DNA from: Candidatus Velthaea sp.
GTDB lineage: Bacteria; Vulcanimicrobiota; Vulcanimicrobiia; Vulcanimicrobiales; Vulcanimicrobiaceae
NCBI GenBank assembly: GCA_050012475.1
Contig: JBEKHC010000048.1
Coordinates: 1 to 37,016, forward strand
Length of the DNA: 37,016 nucleotides
Reading direction: 5' to 3'
Shown: positions 1 through 9,162 of the stretch, one piece after another
How positions within the stretch are numbered: the stretch's first letter is position 1
Layout: each line of letters begins with the position of its first letter
Translations under genes and position numbers: made by a program
Notes under the pieces: model-generated
What the model was told of the DNA's origin: nothing
What the model saw: only the letters and a program-made list of their open reading frames with translations
Database searches by the model: none

Positions 1-66
1 AATCAGCGCGCAGCGCGATTCGCCGACATCGATACTTCGGGCGCGCCTAGCGGCGCCGCCGGTCAC

Positions 67-810
67 TTAGATCCCGGCATACCATTCGTAGCCCTGATCT
101 TCCCAGTAGCCGCCTTTACCACTGCCGGCGCCGGCGAAGGTCGATGCAAGTTCGATCCGCTGCACCCATTTCGCGCTCTTGTAGCCGAGTTGCGTGGGGA
201 TGCGCAGGCGAACGGGGGCGCCATGATCGTTGTCGATTGGGGCGTCGTTGAGGTCGAGCGCCAGCAGCGTTTGGGGGTGCGCGGCTTGGGCGAGATCGAG
301 CGATTCGTAATAGTGCGTGCCTTGGTCGTCGCGATCGAAGCACGAGAAAATGGCGAAGCGCGCGCCGGGCTTGGGGCCCGCTGCGGCCAGGACGTCGGCC
401 AGCCGCACGCCGCGCCATTTGCCGATCGCGCTCCACCCTTCGACGCAGTCGTGACGCGTGATCTGCGTTTGCAGCGGCATCGCGCGCAGCGCGGCCAGCG
501 ACAGCGCCTGCGGATGGTCGGCTAAGCCGTCGACGACGAGTTTGTAGCGGCTCCAGCCGTCTTTGGCCAAACCGGTGTACGTCGCATCGCTGGGCGTGTC
601 GAGGCCGTTGGTGCGAAAGTTCCGGTCGATGTCGGTATCGGTATAGAGCCGCGCGCTGCCGCGCGTTCCGATCACCGCATGGTTCCAACCTTCAGCGGTT
701 GCCAGGACGTTGTGAAACGGCCCCTGCGTGAGCGCGTCTTTGACTCGGCTGGTACAGCCGCTCAATCCCAGCGCGCCGAGCGACGAGGCGATAAACAAAC
801 GGCGCTTCAC
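67..810 (-). CDS. Molybdopterin-dependent oxidoreductase (sulfite oxidase family, MsrP/YedY-like), Tat lipoprotein
   Basis: GTG at 810 overlaps the upstream gene's TGA (GTGA). N-terminus MKRRLFIASSLGALGLSGC is a twin-Arg signal with LSGC lipobox. Contains HDCVEGWS (Mo-ligand Cys), HGAPVRL and GYKSAKWV motifs, and ends GGYWEDQGYEWYAGI. Confidence 0.9.
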   Translation of the reverse strand: MKRRLFIASSLGALGLSGCTSRVKDALTQGPFHNVLATAEGWNHAVIGTRGSARLYTDTDIDRNFRTNGLDTPSDATYTGLAKDGWSRYKLVVDGLADHPQALSLAALRAMPLQTQITRHDCVEGWSAIGKWRGVRLADVLAAAGPKPGARFAIFSCFDRDDQGTHYYESLDLAQAAHPQTLLALDLNDAPIDNDHGAPVRLRIPTQLGYKSAKWVQRIELASTFAGAGSGKGGYWEDQGYEWYAGI

Positions 811-1619
811 GGACCGACCCCGTCGTGTTCGCCCAGCGTGTACCAACCCGTGATCATCGAGCGGATGTTGTTCCAGGCCCCGGTTGCGAACACCAACACC
901 ATGTGGGTCAGGAAGTAGCCGATCAAGAGCACCATGAGCGTGAAGTGCCAGAGCCGTGCGAACTGCCGCCCGCCGAGGACCGCGGTCAGCGGACCGGCGA
1001 TGGCGTCCACCCCCGGCGACAGCGCTAACCCAGTGATGATGATGAGCGGGATAAAGACGAAAAGCACGACCGTGTACGCGGCTTTTTGCAGCGGGTTGTA
1101 CGTGCCGTGCGGCGGCGGTTCTTTACGCAGGCGCAGATAGTACAACTGCATCGGCAGCAATTTGGGCAGATCCGACGGCCGCAAAATCAATTCGCGCAGA
1201 TCTTTGCGGATCGCGCCGGCGATCACGTAGACGACGATCGCCAGCGTGAGCACCCAGCCGAAAAACAAATGCCAGACCCGGCCGTCGGCGAGATCTTGCT
1301 CGCCGGGCAGCGTCGCCCAGCCGGGGAAGGCCCGCTCCGCCTTTTCTCCCATGCCGTCGTCGGTGTACCCCAGCACGCCCGTCGTCCGCACCGTGAGCCC
1401 GAAGATGCGGGTCAAGCCTTGCACGTGCTGAGGATCGGCGTCATTCGAGCCGATGATCAGCACGCGCTTCGCCGGATTGCTCTTATCGGACGCGTCCAAA
1501 TACGGCGCAGCGTTGAAAATCTGCAAGCCGGACATCACCAAGACCAGCATCGCCAGCGTCCATAGCCAATGACTCGCCCGCGCGGCGATCGAGTGCCGGT
1601 ACACGCGCTTGCCCGTCAC
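807..1619 (-). CDS. Cytochrome b/b6-domain membrane protein, partner of the Mo enzyme
   Basis: GTG at 1619 has an AGGGGA RBS. Motifs RASHW...SGLQIFNA, RVWHLFFGW, YNPLQK, ARLWHF and THMVLV supply four heme-ligand-type His residues in TM helices. Confidence 0.88.
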   Translation of the reverse strand: MTGKRVYRHSIAARASHWLWTLAMLVLVMSGLQIFNAAPYLDASDKSNPAKRVLIIGSNDADPQHVQGLTRIFGLTVRTTGVLGYTDDGMGEKAERAFPGWATLPGEQDLADGRVWHLFFGWVLTLAIVVYVIAGAIRKDLRELILRPSDLPKLLPMQLYYLRLRKEPPPHGTYNPLQKAAYTVVLFVFIPLIIITGLALSPGVDAIAGPLTAVLGGRQFARLWHFTLMVLLIGYFLTHMVLVFATGAWNNIRSMITGWYTLGEHDGVGP

Positions 1620-1645
1620 GGCAAATCCCCTACGTCCATGACCCC

Positions 1646-1687
1646 AGTATCCTATCAAATTGCAGCAGCGCGGGTAAGGTCGCTTAC
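1646..1687 (-). promoter_or_regulatory. Putative Crp/Fnr-family operator GTAAG-gtcg-CTTAC (1674-1687) with candidate -10 GATACT (1651-1646)
   Basis: Perfect 5-4-5 palindrome centred at -41.5 relative to the candidate -10. Identical half-sites occur at 11205-11218. Confidence 0.6.
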
Positions 1688-1784
1688 GGAACGCCCGCCG
1701 GCGGCGAACGGATTGGTGCACGCCGGGCTGCTGCCGGGTCGCCGAAGCGGGGGCTGCCCGTTCGTCCACGGAACGTCAGCAGCC

Positions 1785-2573
1785 GTGTCCGAACCCGTTC
1801 TGCGCTTGGAACGCCGCGGTGGCGGCATCGCCCACGTCACGCTCGATCGCCCAGCGGTCCGCAACGCCTTCAACCCGGAGCTGATCGCCGCGCTGCGCGA
1901 TACGTTCCTGGTACTGGATGCCGATGAATTCGTCCGCGCCGTGGTGCTGCGGGGTGCGGGAACGGTGTTCTGCGGCGGCGCCGACATCAACTGGATGCGC
2001 GAGTCGCTCGACTTGTCGGCCGACGACAACGTGCGCGATGCCGAGCGGATGGCCGACATGTTCGCGGCGATCGATCGCTGTTCGAAGCCGGTGATCGGTT
2101 GCATCGCCGGAGCGGCGATCGGCGGCGGCGCAGGCCTCGCCGCGGTCTGCGACATCGTCGTGGCTGCGGCCGACACGGTCTTCGGCTTCACCGAAACAAA
2201 ATTAGGCATCATTCCCGCGGTGATCGCACCGTACGTGGTGGCAAAGATCGGACGCTCCGCGGCGCGCGCGCTGTTCCTTACCGGCGAGCGCTTCGGTGCC
2301 GAACGCGCGCTTCGTATCGGCCTGGTGCACCACATCGCTGAGGCAGACGAGCTCGAGGCCCGCGTCGAGGCGATCGAGATCGAGCTCGCCACCGCGGGTC
2401 CAGCCGCCATCGCCGCCGCGAAACGGCTGATCGCCGATGTCGGCGAAGCAACCCCCGCCCAAGCCCGCACGCTGACGGCGCGCGCGATCGCCGCGCGGCG
2501 CACGTCGTCCGAAGGCCAAGAGGGGCTGCGCGCGTTTCTCGAGCGGCGCGCGCCGAGCTGGGTGGCGAAATGA
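1785..2573 (+). CDS. liuC: Enoyl-CoA hydratase family, probable methylglutaconyl-CoA hydratase
   Basis: LDRPAVRNAF, FCGGADINWM, AIGGGAGL and TETKLGIIP crotonase motifs; coupled (ATGA) to a biotin carboxylase and upstream of HMG-CoA lyase. GTG start inferred. Confidence 0.85.
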   Translation: MSEPVLRLERRGGGIAHVTLDRPAVRNAFNPELIAALRDTFLVLDADEFVRAVVLRGAGTVFCGGADINWMRESLDLSADDNVRDAERMADMFAAIDRCSKPVIGCIAGAAIGGGAGLAAVCDIVVAAADTVFGFTETKLGIIPAVIAPYVVAKIGRSAARALFLTGERFGAERALRIGLVHHIAEADELEARVEAIEIELATAGPAAIAAAKRLIADVGEATPAQARTLTARAIAARRTSSEGQEGLRAFLERRAPSWVAK

Positions 2574-4504
2574 TCACCCGGCTGCTGATCGCAAACCGCG
2601 GCGAGATCGCGGTGCGGGTGGCGCGCGGCGCACGTGAACTGGGCATCTCGCCCGTCGGCGTATACTCCGACGCCGACGAACATGCGCTGTTCCGCAGCGT
2701 GATGGACGACAGCGTTCGCATCGGCGCGGCGCCGGCCGTCGATTCCTACCTCGCCGGCGACAAGATCCTCGCGGCCGCGCGCACGCTGGGCGCCGACGCC
2801 GTGCATCCGGGCTATGGTTTCTTGTCCGAACGCGCGCACTTCGCTCAGTCCGTCGTCGACGCGGGACTTATTTTCGTCGGCCCGACGCCCTCGGCCATCG
2901 CCGCGATGGGCAGCAAGATCGACGCCAAACGCCGGGTGCGGGAATTCGGCGTGCCCGTTATCCCCGGCTACGACGGTGACGACCAATCGCCGCAGCGCTT
3001 GCGCGAAGAGGCCGCGGCGATGGGGATGCCCGTGCTCATCAAAGCCAGCGCCGGCGGCGGCGGGCGCGGCATGCGCATCGTCCACGACATCGCCGCTTTC
3101 GACGAAGCGCTCAACGCGGCGAAACGCGAAGCGTTGGCGACATTCGGCGACGACAGCGTGCTGCTCGAACGCTATCTGCGCCGGCCGCGGCACATCGAAT
3201 TCCAGATTCTGGCCGACTCCTGGGGCACCACGCTGTATCTGGGCGAGCGTGAATGTTCGATCCAGCGCCGGCATCAGAAAGTGCTCGAAGAGGCGCCGTC
3301 GGTCGCACTCGATCCGGCGCTGCGCGCCACGATGGGCGAGGCCGCCGTCGCCGCCGCGCGTTCGGTTGCCTACGAGAACGCCGGAACGGCCGAGTTCATG
3401 CTCGACGAAGACGGGCAGTTCTATTTCTTGGAGATGAACGCGCGGCTGCAAGTCGAGCATCCGGTCACCGAGCTCGTGTACGGCATCGACTTGGTGCAGC
3501 AGCAGCTGCGCATCGCGCGCGGCGAGCAGTTGCGCTTCGCGCAGAGCGATTTGGTGGCGCGCGGCTGGGCGATCGAGGCGCGGCTGAACGCCGAAGACCC
3601 CGCGCGCGGGTTTCTGCCGTCGACCGGGACGATCGGGCGTTTCGAGGTCCCCGCCGCACCGGGCGTCCGCGTCGACACGGGCGTGCACGACGGCAGCGAG
3701 ATCTCGATGTTTTACGACTCGATGATCGCGAAAATCATCGTCTGGGGCGCCGACCGCGCGGCAGCCATCGCGCGCCTCGAATCGACGCTGCGCGATACCC
3801 GCGTCACCGGACTGAAAACCAATCTGTCGCTGCTGCGCGCCATCGCGGCCGACGAAGCCTACCGGTCGGGCGACATGTCGACGCGCTTTCTCGACGACCG
3901 CGACGCCTTTCTGACCCTCGACGGCGCGTCCGACGTGCCGCTCGACGTGAAGTTTCTCGCTGCGGGAGCATTGGTGGCCAGCGGCCGCGCCTGGCGGATG
4001 GCCGGCGTGGGCGTCCCGATCGACCTCGTCGTCGACGGCACGCCGCTGCGCGCAACGGTCGAGCGACGCGGCCGCGACTGGCTCACCGACAGCGACCTCG
4101 GGCCGGCATTTCGGGTCGAAACGCGCGGCAACGACGTCGTCGTCGTCGCCGGCGAGCGCACCATCGTCGGCGACGTGCGGCTCGACGCCGAGGGCGGCCG
4201 GATCGTCCATAACGGACGAACCTATCTGTTCGTCTTCGGCGCGCCGCCCGATGCCGACCCGCGGCATCACGCGGCCGGCGCGTCGGGCACCGGTACGGTC
4301 GTGTCCCCGATGCCAGGGCGCATCGTGAGCGTCGACGTCGCGCCAGGCGACGTCGTCGAGACGCGGGCACTCCTCGTGGTGCTCGAGGCAATGAAGATGG
4401 AACACCGCATCGAAGCGCCGCTGGCCGGTACGATCGAAGCCGTGCACGTCAGCCCCGGCGACCTGGTCGCCGAGGAGACCCGGCTCGTGACGATCAAGGC
4501 GTGA
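2570..4504 (+). CDS. liuD: Biotin carboxylase/BCCP subunit, probable 3-methylcrotonyl-CoA carboxylase alpha
   Basis: LIANRGEIA, HPGYGFLSE, GGGGRGMR, RECSIQRRHQK, EMNARLQVEHPVTE and biotinylation motif EAMKM. Confidence 0.9.
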   Translation: MITRLLIANRGEIAVRVARGARELGISPVGVYSDADEHALFRSVMDDSVRIGAAPAVDSYLAGDKILAAARTLGADAVHPGYGFLSERAHFAQSVVDAGLIFVGPTPSAIAAMGSKIDAKRRVREFGVPVIPGYDGDDQSPQRLREEAAAMGMPVLIKASAGGGGRGMRIVHDIAAFDEALNAAKREALATFGDDSVLLERYLRRPRHIEFQILADSWGTTLYLGERECSIQRRHQKVLEEAPSVALDPALRATMGEAAVAAARSVAYENAGTAEFMLDEDGQFYFLEMNARLQVEHPVTELVYGIDLVQQQLRIARGEQLRFAQSDLVARGWAIEARLNAEDPARGFLPSTGTIGRFEVPAAPGVRVDTGVHDGSEISMFYDSMIAKIIVWGADRAAAIARLESTLRDTRVTGLKTNLSLLRAIAADEAYRSGDMSTRFLDDRDAFLTLDGASDVPLDVKFLAAGALVASGRAWRMAGVGVPIDLVVDGTPLRATVERRGRDWLTDSDLGPAFRVETRGNDVVVVAGERTIVGDVRLDAEGGRIVHNGRTYLFVFGAPPDADPRHHAAGASGTGTVVSPMPGRIVSVDVAPGDVVETRALLVVLEAMKMEHRIEAPLAGTIEAVHVSPGDLVAEETRLVTIKA

Positions 4505-4554
4505 AACGCTCGCCGCGGCAAGCACGGTTGTAGCACGGCAAAGGGGGACGCGAG

Positions 4555-5487
4555 ATGAACGCAGCCGGATTTCCCAAACGTGTGACGATCTGCGAAGTCG
4601 GGCCACGCGACGGGTTGCAGAACGAAGCCGTCACGGTTCGCACCGACGATAAGGTTCGCTACATCGATCTGCTCGTGGCTGCCGGTTTCTCGAACATCGA
4701 AGTGACGTCGTTCGTCAGCCCCAAGGCCGTTCCGCAACTGGCTGACGCGGAAGCGGTCTTCACCCAGCTCATCCAGGTACCGGCCTGCCGGTACATCGTC
4801 CTGGTGCCGAACGAGCGCGGTCTGGAACGCGCACTGGCCGCCGGGGCACGCGCGATCGCGGTGTTCACCGCAGCAACCGACTCCTTCACGCACCGCAATA
4901 TCGGCATGACGATCGACGAATCGCTGGCCGCGTTCGAGGTCGTTATCAAACGCGCAAAAGCCGACGGCGTCTACGTGCGCGCCTCGATCTCGACCGCGTT
5001 TGGCTGTCCCTTCGAGGGCGCGGTTCCCGTCGCCAACGTCGTACGCGTGGCCGAACGGTTGTTGGCGCTGGGCGCCGACGAGTTGTCGGTCGCGGATACG
5101 ATCGGCGTCGCGACACCCAATCAAGTCTTCGACGTCGTCGGCGCGCTGGCGCCGCGCGTTCCGCTCGAGCGCGTCGGGCTGCACTTCCACGATACACGCG
5201 GCATGGGGCTGGCCAACATCATGGCCGGCTTGCAAACCGGCGTCGCGATCTACGATGCGTCCGCGGGCGGGTTGGGCGGCTGTCCGTTCGCGCCCGGTGC
5301 GACCGGCAACGTCGCGACCGAAGACGTGCTCTATCTGCTCGCCGGGATGGGGATCGAGACCGGCATCGATCTCGCCAAGGTTCGCGCGGCTTCGCGCTTC
5401 ATCGGCGAAAAATTAACCGGGCGCGTCGTCTCGCGCGCGTTCCACGCGCTGGAGGCGGCGGACCGGCGCGCGGCGGTGCACGCCTAG
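4555..5487 (+). CDS. liuE: Hydroxymethylglutaryl-CoA lyase
   Basis: EVGPRDGLQNE, FVSPKAVPQLAD, HFHDTRG and GLGGCPFAPGATGNVATED. Confidence 0.93.
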   Translation: MNAAGFPKRVTICEVGPRDGLQNEAVTVRTDDKVRYIDLLVAAGFSNIEVTSFVSPKAVPQLADAEAVFTQLIQVPACRYIVLVPNERGLERALAAGARAIAVFTAATDSFTHRNIGMTIDESLAAFEVVIKRAKADGVYVRASISTAFGCPFEGAVPVANVVRVAERLLALGADELSVADTIGVATPNQVFDVVGALAPRVPLERVGLHFHDTRGMGLANIMAGLQTGVAIYDASAGGLGGCPFAPGATGNVATEDVLYLLAGMGIETGIDLAKVRAASRFIGEKLTGRVVSRAFHALEAADRRAAVHA

Positions 5488-5491
5488 CCGG

Positions 5492-5653
5492 CTACTGTTC
5501 GGCGATCGCGCGGCGCTTCTGGTCGGCGCGGGTTCGGTTGCGCCGCGTGCGGCGATCGAGCATTATGCCGGCCTTGCGGCCGTGCAGCAGCAGCGTCGCT
5601 TCCGCGCCGCGACGTCCGACGAGCGCCGTCAGATCGATGGACTTCAACTTCAT
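5492..5653 (-). CDS. Small basic hypothetical protein (53 aa)
   Basis: Strong SD AGAAAGGGG before ATG at 5653. Sequence MKLKSIDLTALVGRRGAEATLLLHGRKAGIMLDRRTRRNRTRADQKRRAIAEQ; stop abuts the convergent liuE stop. Confidence 0.7.
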   Translation of the reverse strand: MKLKSIDLTALVGRRGAEATLLLHGRKAGIMLDRRTRRNRTRADQKRRAIAEQ

Positions 5654-5862
5654 TGCTTGCCCCTTTCTCCGCGTTTCGGCACGTCGAGTTCCCGCGTCCG
5701 AAACCGCGGTTCGTCGGAACTTCACCCGGACGTCCCGTATCGAAGAACGTCGAGTAGGACCGTTTCGACGCAGCCAAACGCCCCCCGTAGAGGTATCGGT
5801 CGCGAATCGAACGGGACGTGCCCTGCCTGTCCGGACGAACCGCGGGTAGCGTTCCGGGAGTC
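5654..5862 (-). ncRNA. Putative structured RNA (cis-regulatory leader or 6S-like rod)
   Basis: Nested inverted repeats: 5704-5715/5834-5845 (12 bp perfect) and 5730-5738/5811-5819 (9 bp). Inner hairpins include a C(UACG)G tetraloop on the minus strand. An alternative hairpin lies at 5669-5709. Confidence 0.5.
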
Positions 5863-7015
5863 AGCCCTCGCCGGGGCGCGTCGCCGCGCGCGTCGCTCGC
5901 GGCGGTTCGCCGGCGCGGTCGCGCGCGACGATGAGCGTCGCGTCGGCATCGGGGTCGAGCGGAAAGAGCCGTTCGGCCGCGACCCGCAAGATGCCGGCAA
6001 CCGGAATCGACAACAGCGCGCCGAGGATGCCGAACGCTTCGCTCCCAAACAGCAGCGCGACGAACACCACCAGCGGCGTGACGCCGACGGATTTCGATAC
6101 GACCAGCGGCGTAAACACGTTCTGCTGAACGACTAAAATAGCGGCGAACAGCACCCCGACCACGATTACCTTCACCAGGCCCACGGTAAAGAAAGCGATC
6201 AGCACGACGGGTATGAGCGCGATGACGGGGCCGATCAGCGGCACGATGCTGACCACGCCGGCCAGCAACCCGAGCAAAATCGCATACGGCACCCCGACGG
6301 CCAACAGCACGATCGTGCCCGCGATCCCGACGCCCAGCGCGAGCAAAACTTGCCCGCGTACGAAGCCGCCGATCACTTTGTCGACGTCGTCCATGAATAA
6401 GACCGCCGCGCTGCGATAGGGGCGGGGCACCAAGCGAATGCCGAAGCGCTGGATCGGCACGAGATCGCCGAGCACCAGCAGCGTGAGGCCCAGCACCAGA
6501 AAGATGTCGATGATGGCGGCGCTCGTTCCGGTGAGGATGCCCAGCGCGTTGGCGCCGAATTTCCCCGCCATGGCGCCGACGATCGCGCCGGCCTTGCCGG
6601 CGTTGGCGGCGATCGTTTCGCGCGCCGAGCTGGGCAGCCGCGCCAGCAGCGGCGAGTGCGCCGGGTCGACGATCTGATGCTGCGCGGCGGCGACGATCTT
6701 GGGAAAGTTGCGGGTCAAATCTTCGAGCTGAGTCGCCACCGCCGGCGTCAGCCAAGCCAGCGCGCCGGCAACGACGATCCCCAGCCCCAGATACACCAGC
6801 ACGCCGGCCAACGGGATCGGCACCCGTCGATTGCCCAGCCACTTGATCGGCGGATAGACCAAATACGCGAACAGAATGGCGAACACGATGACGACGAGCG
6901 TGTTGTGGACGCGATCGAAAACAAGACTGACCATCCACAGCAGACCGCCGGCTGCCAGCGCCAAGGCGGTGATGACCAAAGCGCGCACCAGTTGCCGGTC
7001 GTGAAGCTCGCCCAT
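5861..7015 (-). CDS. AI-2E family (PerM/TqsA-like) transporter
   Basis: Multi-TM protein with AYLVYP, GGFVRGQVLLA, IVPLIGP, QQNVFTPLVVSKSVGVTP and FGILGALLSIP motifs. ATG at 7015 inferred. Confidence 0.9.
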   Translation of the reverse strand: MGELHDRQLVRALVITALALAAGGLLWMVSLVFDRVHNTLVVIVFAILFAYLVYPPIKWLGNRRVPIPLAGVLVYLGLGIVVAGALAWLTPAVATQLEDLTRNFPKIVAAAQHQIVDPAHSPLLARLPSSARETIAANAGKAGAIVGAMAGKFGANALGILTGTSAAIIDIFLVLGLTLLVLGDLVPIQRFGIRLVPRPYRSAAVLFMDDVDKVIGGFVRGQVLLALGVGIAGTIVLLAVGVPYAILLGLLAGVVSIVPLIGPVIALIPVVLIAFFTVGLVKVIVVGVLFAAILVVQQNVFTPLVVSKSVGVTPLVVFVALLFGSEAFGILGALLSIPVAGILRVAAERLFPLDPDADATLIVARDRAGEPPRATRAATRPGEG

Positions 7016-7380
7016 CGGCGCGCGGGTCGGCAAACCTCTCTCGGGCTCGATCACGAAGCCGCTCGTCCGTGAAACACCATACAGCCGTTGCGCATACCCA
7101 GCGAGTGGCGGAATGCAACGCCCGCGGGCAAGCTTCTCGAGCGACGCCCGATCGATATCCGACTCGACAGCCCGGCCGGGATGTTCGTCTAGTATCCGAA
7201 CAGCGCGCGCAGAGTGCGAGCTCGAACGGCCCGGAGCTCGGCAAGCTGGCGCCACCGGGTTTCAGACGGGATATTCGCCGAGCTGCCCGTCGGAAGCGTT
7301 CTTCGGAGTACGTCGTCATGGGCTCGAACCTGGCCTTAAGAGCCCGTTGAAAACTGCGTCCCGTAGAAGAACCCGACAGT

Positions 7381-7938
7381 TTACAAGCCGTTGTAAGCCA
7401 TTCGTAGCCAGCCCGCAAGCTCTCGATCGATCTCTGCGACAGACGTCAGTCGAACGCGATGCGTAACCATCCGGTTCCAACCGCCGGCGTCCTGCAATCG
7501 TGGCCCGCTCCGCACTCCTTTGAGCTTGATGCCAAGGTCGAGATGCGCGACGCCAACCTTTACGATCGCAAATTTTCGACCGTCACGCAGAAAACTGATA
7601 TACGAATCACCGACCGTCGTCGTGACGTCCTCACCGAAACGCATCGTAAGCGCCGAGATACGCTCGAAGGCCGCCGACCATTGCGAGCGCTGACCGGTGA
7701 AGTGTGCGTCGACCCGCTCTTTGGTCGTCCGTTTCGGTTCGGTCGTCGACCGCAGCGTGCCGTAAATTGCCATCGCGTGGCCGTGACCGAGACTGAAGTT
7801 GATCTTTAGCCACGCCACGACTTCGCTCGCCTTTACGTCGTCACGGAGAAGTCCGCGCTTTTCCGCAAGCTCACGAAAATCGTCCGGACCCTTCCCGGTC
7901 TTCTTCTTTATCGTGTCGAGATAGGCTTGAAATGACAT
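7381..7938 (-). CDS. DUF4287/DUF5655-type protein
   Basis: MSFQAYLDTIKKKTGK...WLK...LGHGHAMAI N-domain and THRVRL...EID.EL..WLR.AY C-domain; GGGAG RBS. Confidence 0.8.
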   Translation of the reverse strand: MSFQAYLDTIKKKTGKGPDDFRELAEKRGLLRDDVKASEVVAWLKINFSLGHGHAMAIYGTLRSTTEPKRTTKERVDAHFTGQRSQWSAAFERISALTMRFGEDVTTTVGDSYISFLRDGRKFAIVKVGVAHLDLGIKLKGVRSGPRLQDAGGWNRMVTHRVRLTSVAEIDRELAGWLRMAYNGL

Positions 7939-7976
7939 GTCTTAGCTCCCGTGCGTGTGAAGCGACAGCAGAAATC

Positions 7977-8402
7977 TTATGCACTTCCGACCGTACGGCG
8001 GATCGGAAGCAACACTCGGACACGCGGTTCAAGCAAGTATATCGGCGCCCACATAAGGGCGCCGAAAATGACAGGAAACAGCGTCTCGAACGGCGAGAAC
8101 CCGGCGCGAAAGTTGCACGCGCAGGCGCCGCCAAAATAACCCGTCAGGAGAACGGCGCCGAGCACGGATGTTCGCGGGACGACGTAGAGCACCGTGAGGA
8201 CGAGGAGCAGCGTCGCGATGGCGGGAGCGAACGAGAGCGGCATGCCTTGCCGCTGAAAGGCATCAGCCACGCCCGGGGCCATGAAATACTTGCCGCCGCA
8301 GTCGAAGAGCATGAACAACGTGGTGAGGACGTACACCGCTCGCGCGATCCAGACGGTCTTTCGGCCTGGTTGCGCGGACGTATCAGTCAAGGTCGTGGTC
8401 AT
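7977..8402 (-). CDS. DoxX family membrane protein
   Basis: LFMLFD...K and LYVVPRTSVLGAVLLTGYFGGA motifs; GAGGA RBS. Confidence 0.85.
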   Translation of the reverse strand: MTTTLTDTSAQPGRKTVWIARAVYVLTTLFMLFDCGGKYFMAPGVADAFQRQGMPLSFAPAIATLLLVLTVLYVVPRTSVLGAVLLTGYFGGACACNFRAGFSPFETLFPVIFGALMWAPIYLLEPRVRVLLPIRRTVGSA

Positions 8403-8443
8403 GGCGATTCCTCAAAAGAAGTGCAAAGCGCCCGAATTGTAAA

Positions 8444-8502
8444 ACTGGACGGTACAGTCTACAATGGCAACAGATTAACAGGTTGAAACTAGACTGTCCA
8501 GT
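8444..8502. promoter_or_regulatory. Two TetR-type operators: ACTGGACGGTACAGT (8444-8458) and ACTAGACTGTCCAGT (8488-8502)
   Basis: Two near-palindromic 15-mers (consensus ACTGGACnGTCCAGT) in the divergent doxX/tetR gap. Confidence 0.75.
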
Positions 8503-8538
8503 ACCCATTGGTGGTTTTTTGTCTGGAAAGAGCGTCTT

Positions 8539-9162
8539 ATGGCCCATGCCGTCTCAGCAAGCAAGCATAAGTCGATCCTCGATGCCGCTCTGAACGTCTT
8601 TCTCGAGAAAGGCTATCTCGGGACGAGCATGGACGAGATCGCTGCCAAAGCGGGCGTATCCAAACAGACCGTGTACAAGCATTTCGCCGACAAGGACCGG
8701 CTGTTCGCCGACATTCTCCTGGCCACGACCGGAGAGGTCGAGCAGCTCGTTCGCTGGACCATCGGGGAGTTCGACAGCGACAAAAGAGTCGAACTGATAT
8801 TGGACCGGCTCGCGCAGCGCTTTCTCGGCGTTTTGATGGAGCCACGACTGCTTCGTCTGAGGCGCCTCGTCATTGCCAATGCGGATCGCTTTCCGGAGTT
8901 AGGTCGTTCCTGGTACGAAGCCGGCTTCGAACGCGTCCTAGCGACCCTGGCCGACTGTTTCAATACGCTGAAGACAGCTGGGATATTGCGTGTAGACGAT
9001 CCTGCGCTCGCGTCGCAACACTTCGTCGGAATGCTGCTCTGGATTCCGTTGAACAAAGCCATGTTCACGGGCAACGAACGTCCGTTCACCGACGCGGAGC
9101 TTAGGCGACAGGCGAAAGCGGCAACCAGCGTGTTTTTGCGCGCTTACGGCACGACGTCATAA
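8539..9162 (+). CDS. TetR/AcrR family regulator
   Basis: ILDAA...F...GYLGTSMDEIAAKAGVSKQTVYKHFADK HTH; C-domain RLVIANADRFPELG...FLRAY. Confidence 0.92.
   Translation: MAHAVSASKHKSILDAALNVFLEKGYLGTSMDEIAAKAGVSKQTVYKHFADKDRLFADILLATTGEVEQLVRWTIGEFDSDKRVELILDRLAQRFLGVLMEPRLLRLRRLVIANADRFPELGRSWYEAGFERVLATLADCFNTLKTAGILRVDDPALASQHFVGMLLWIPLNKAMFTGNERPFTDAELRRQAKAATSVFLRAYGTTS

Noticed and set aside
1655..4606. 983-aa minus-strand ORF and many other long antisense ORFs (5484-7418, 12225-13601, 20047-21504, 23720-25393, 28119-29723)
   Set aside because: Shadow frames of clear genes in high-GC DNA; Arg/Ala-rich with no family motifs.
7318..7347. GGGCTC/GAGCCC hairpin containing a tRNA T-arm-like GGTTCGAGCCC on the minus strand
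   Set aside because: No cloverleaf, acceptor stem or CCA. It also lacks a U-tract, so it was not called as a terminator.
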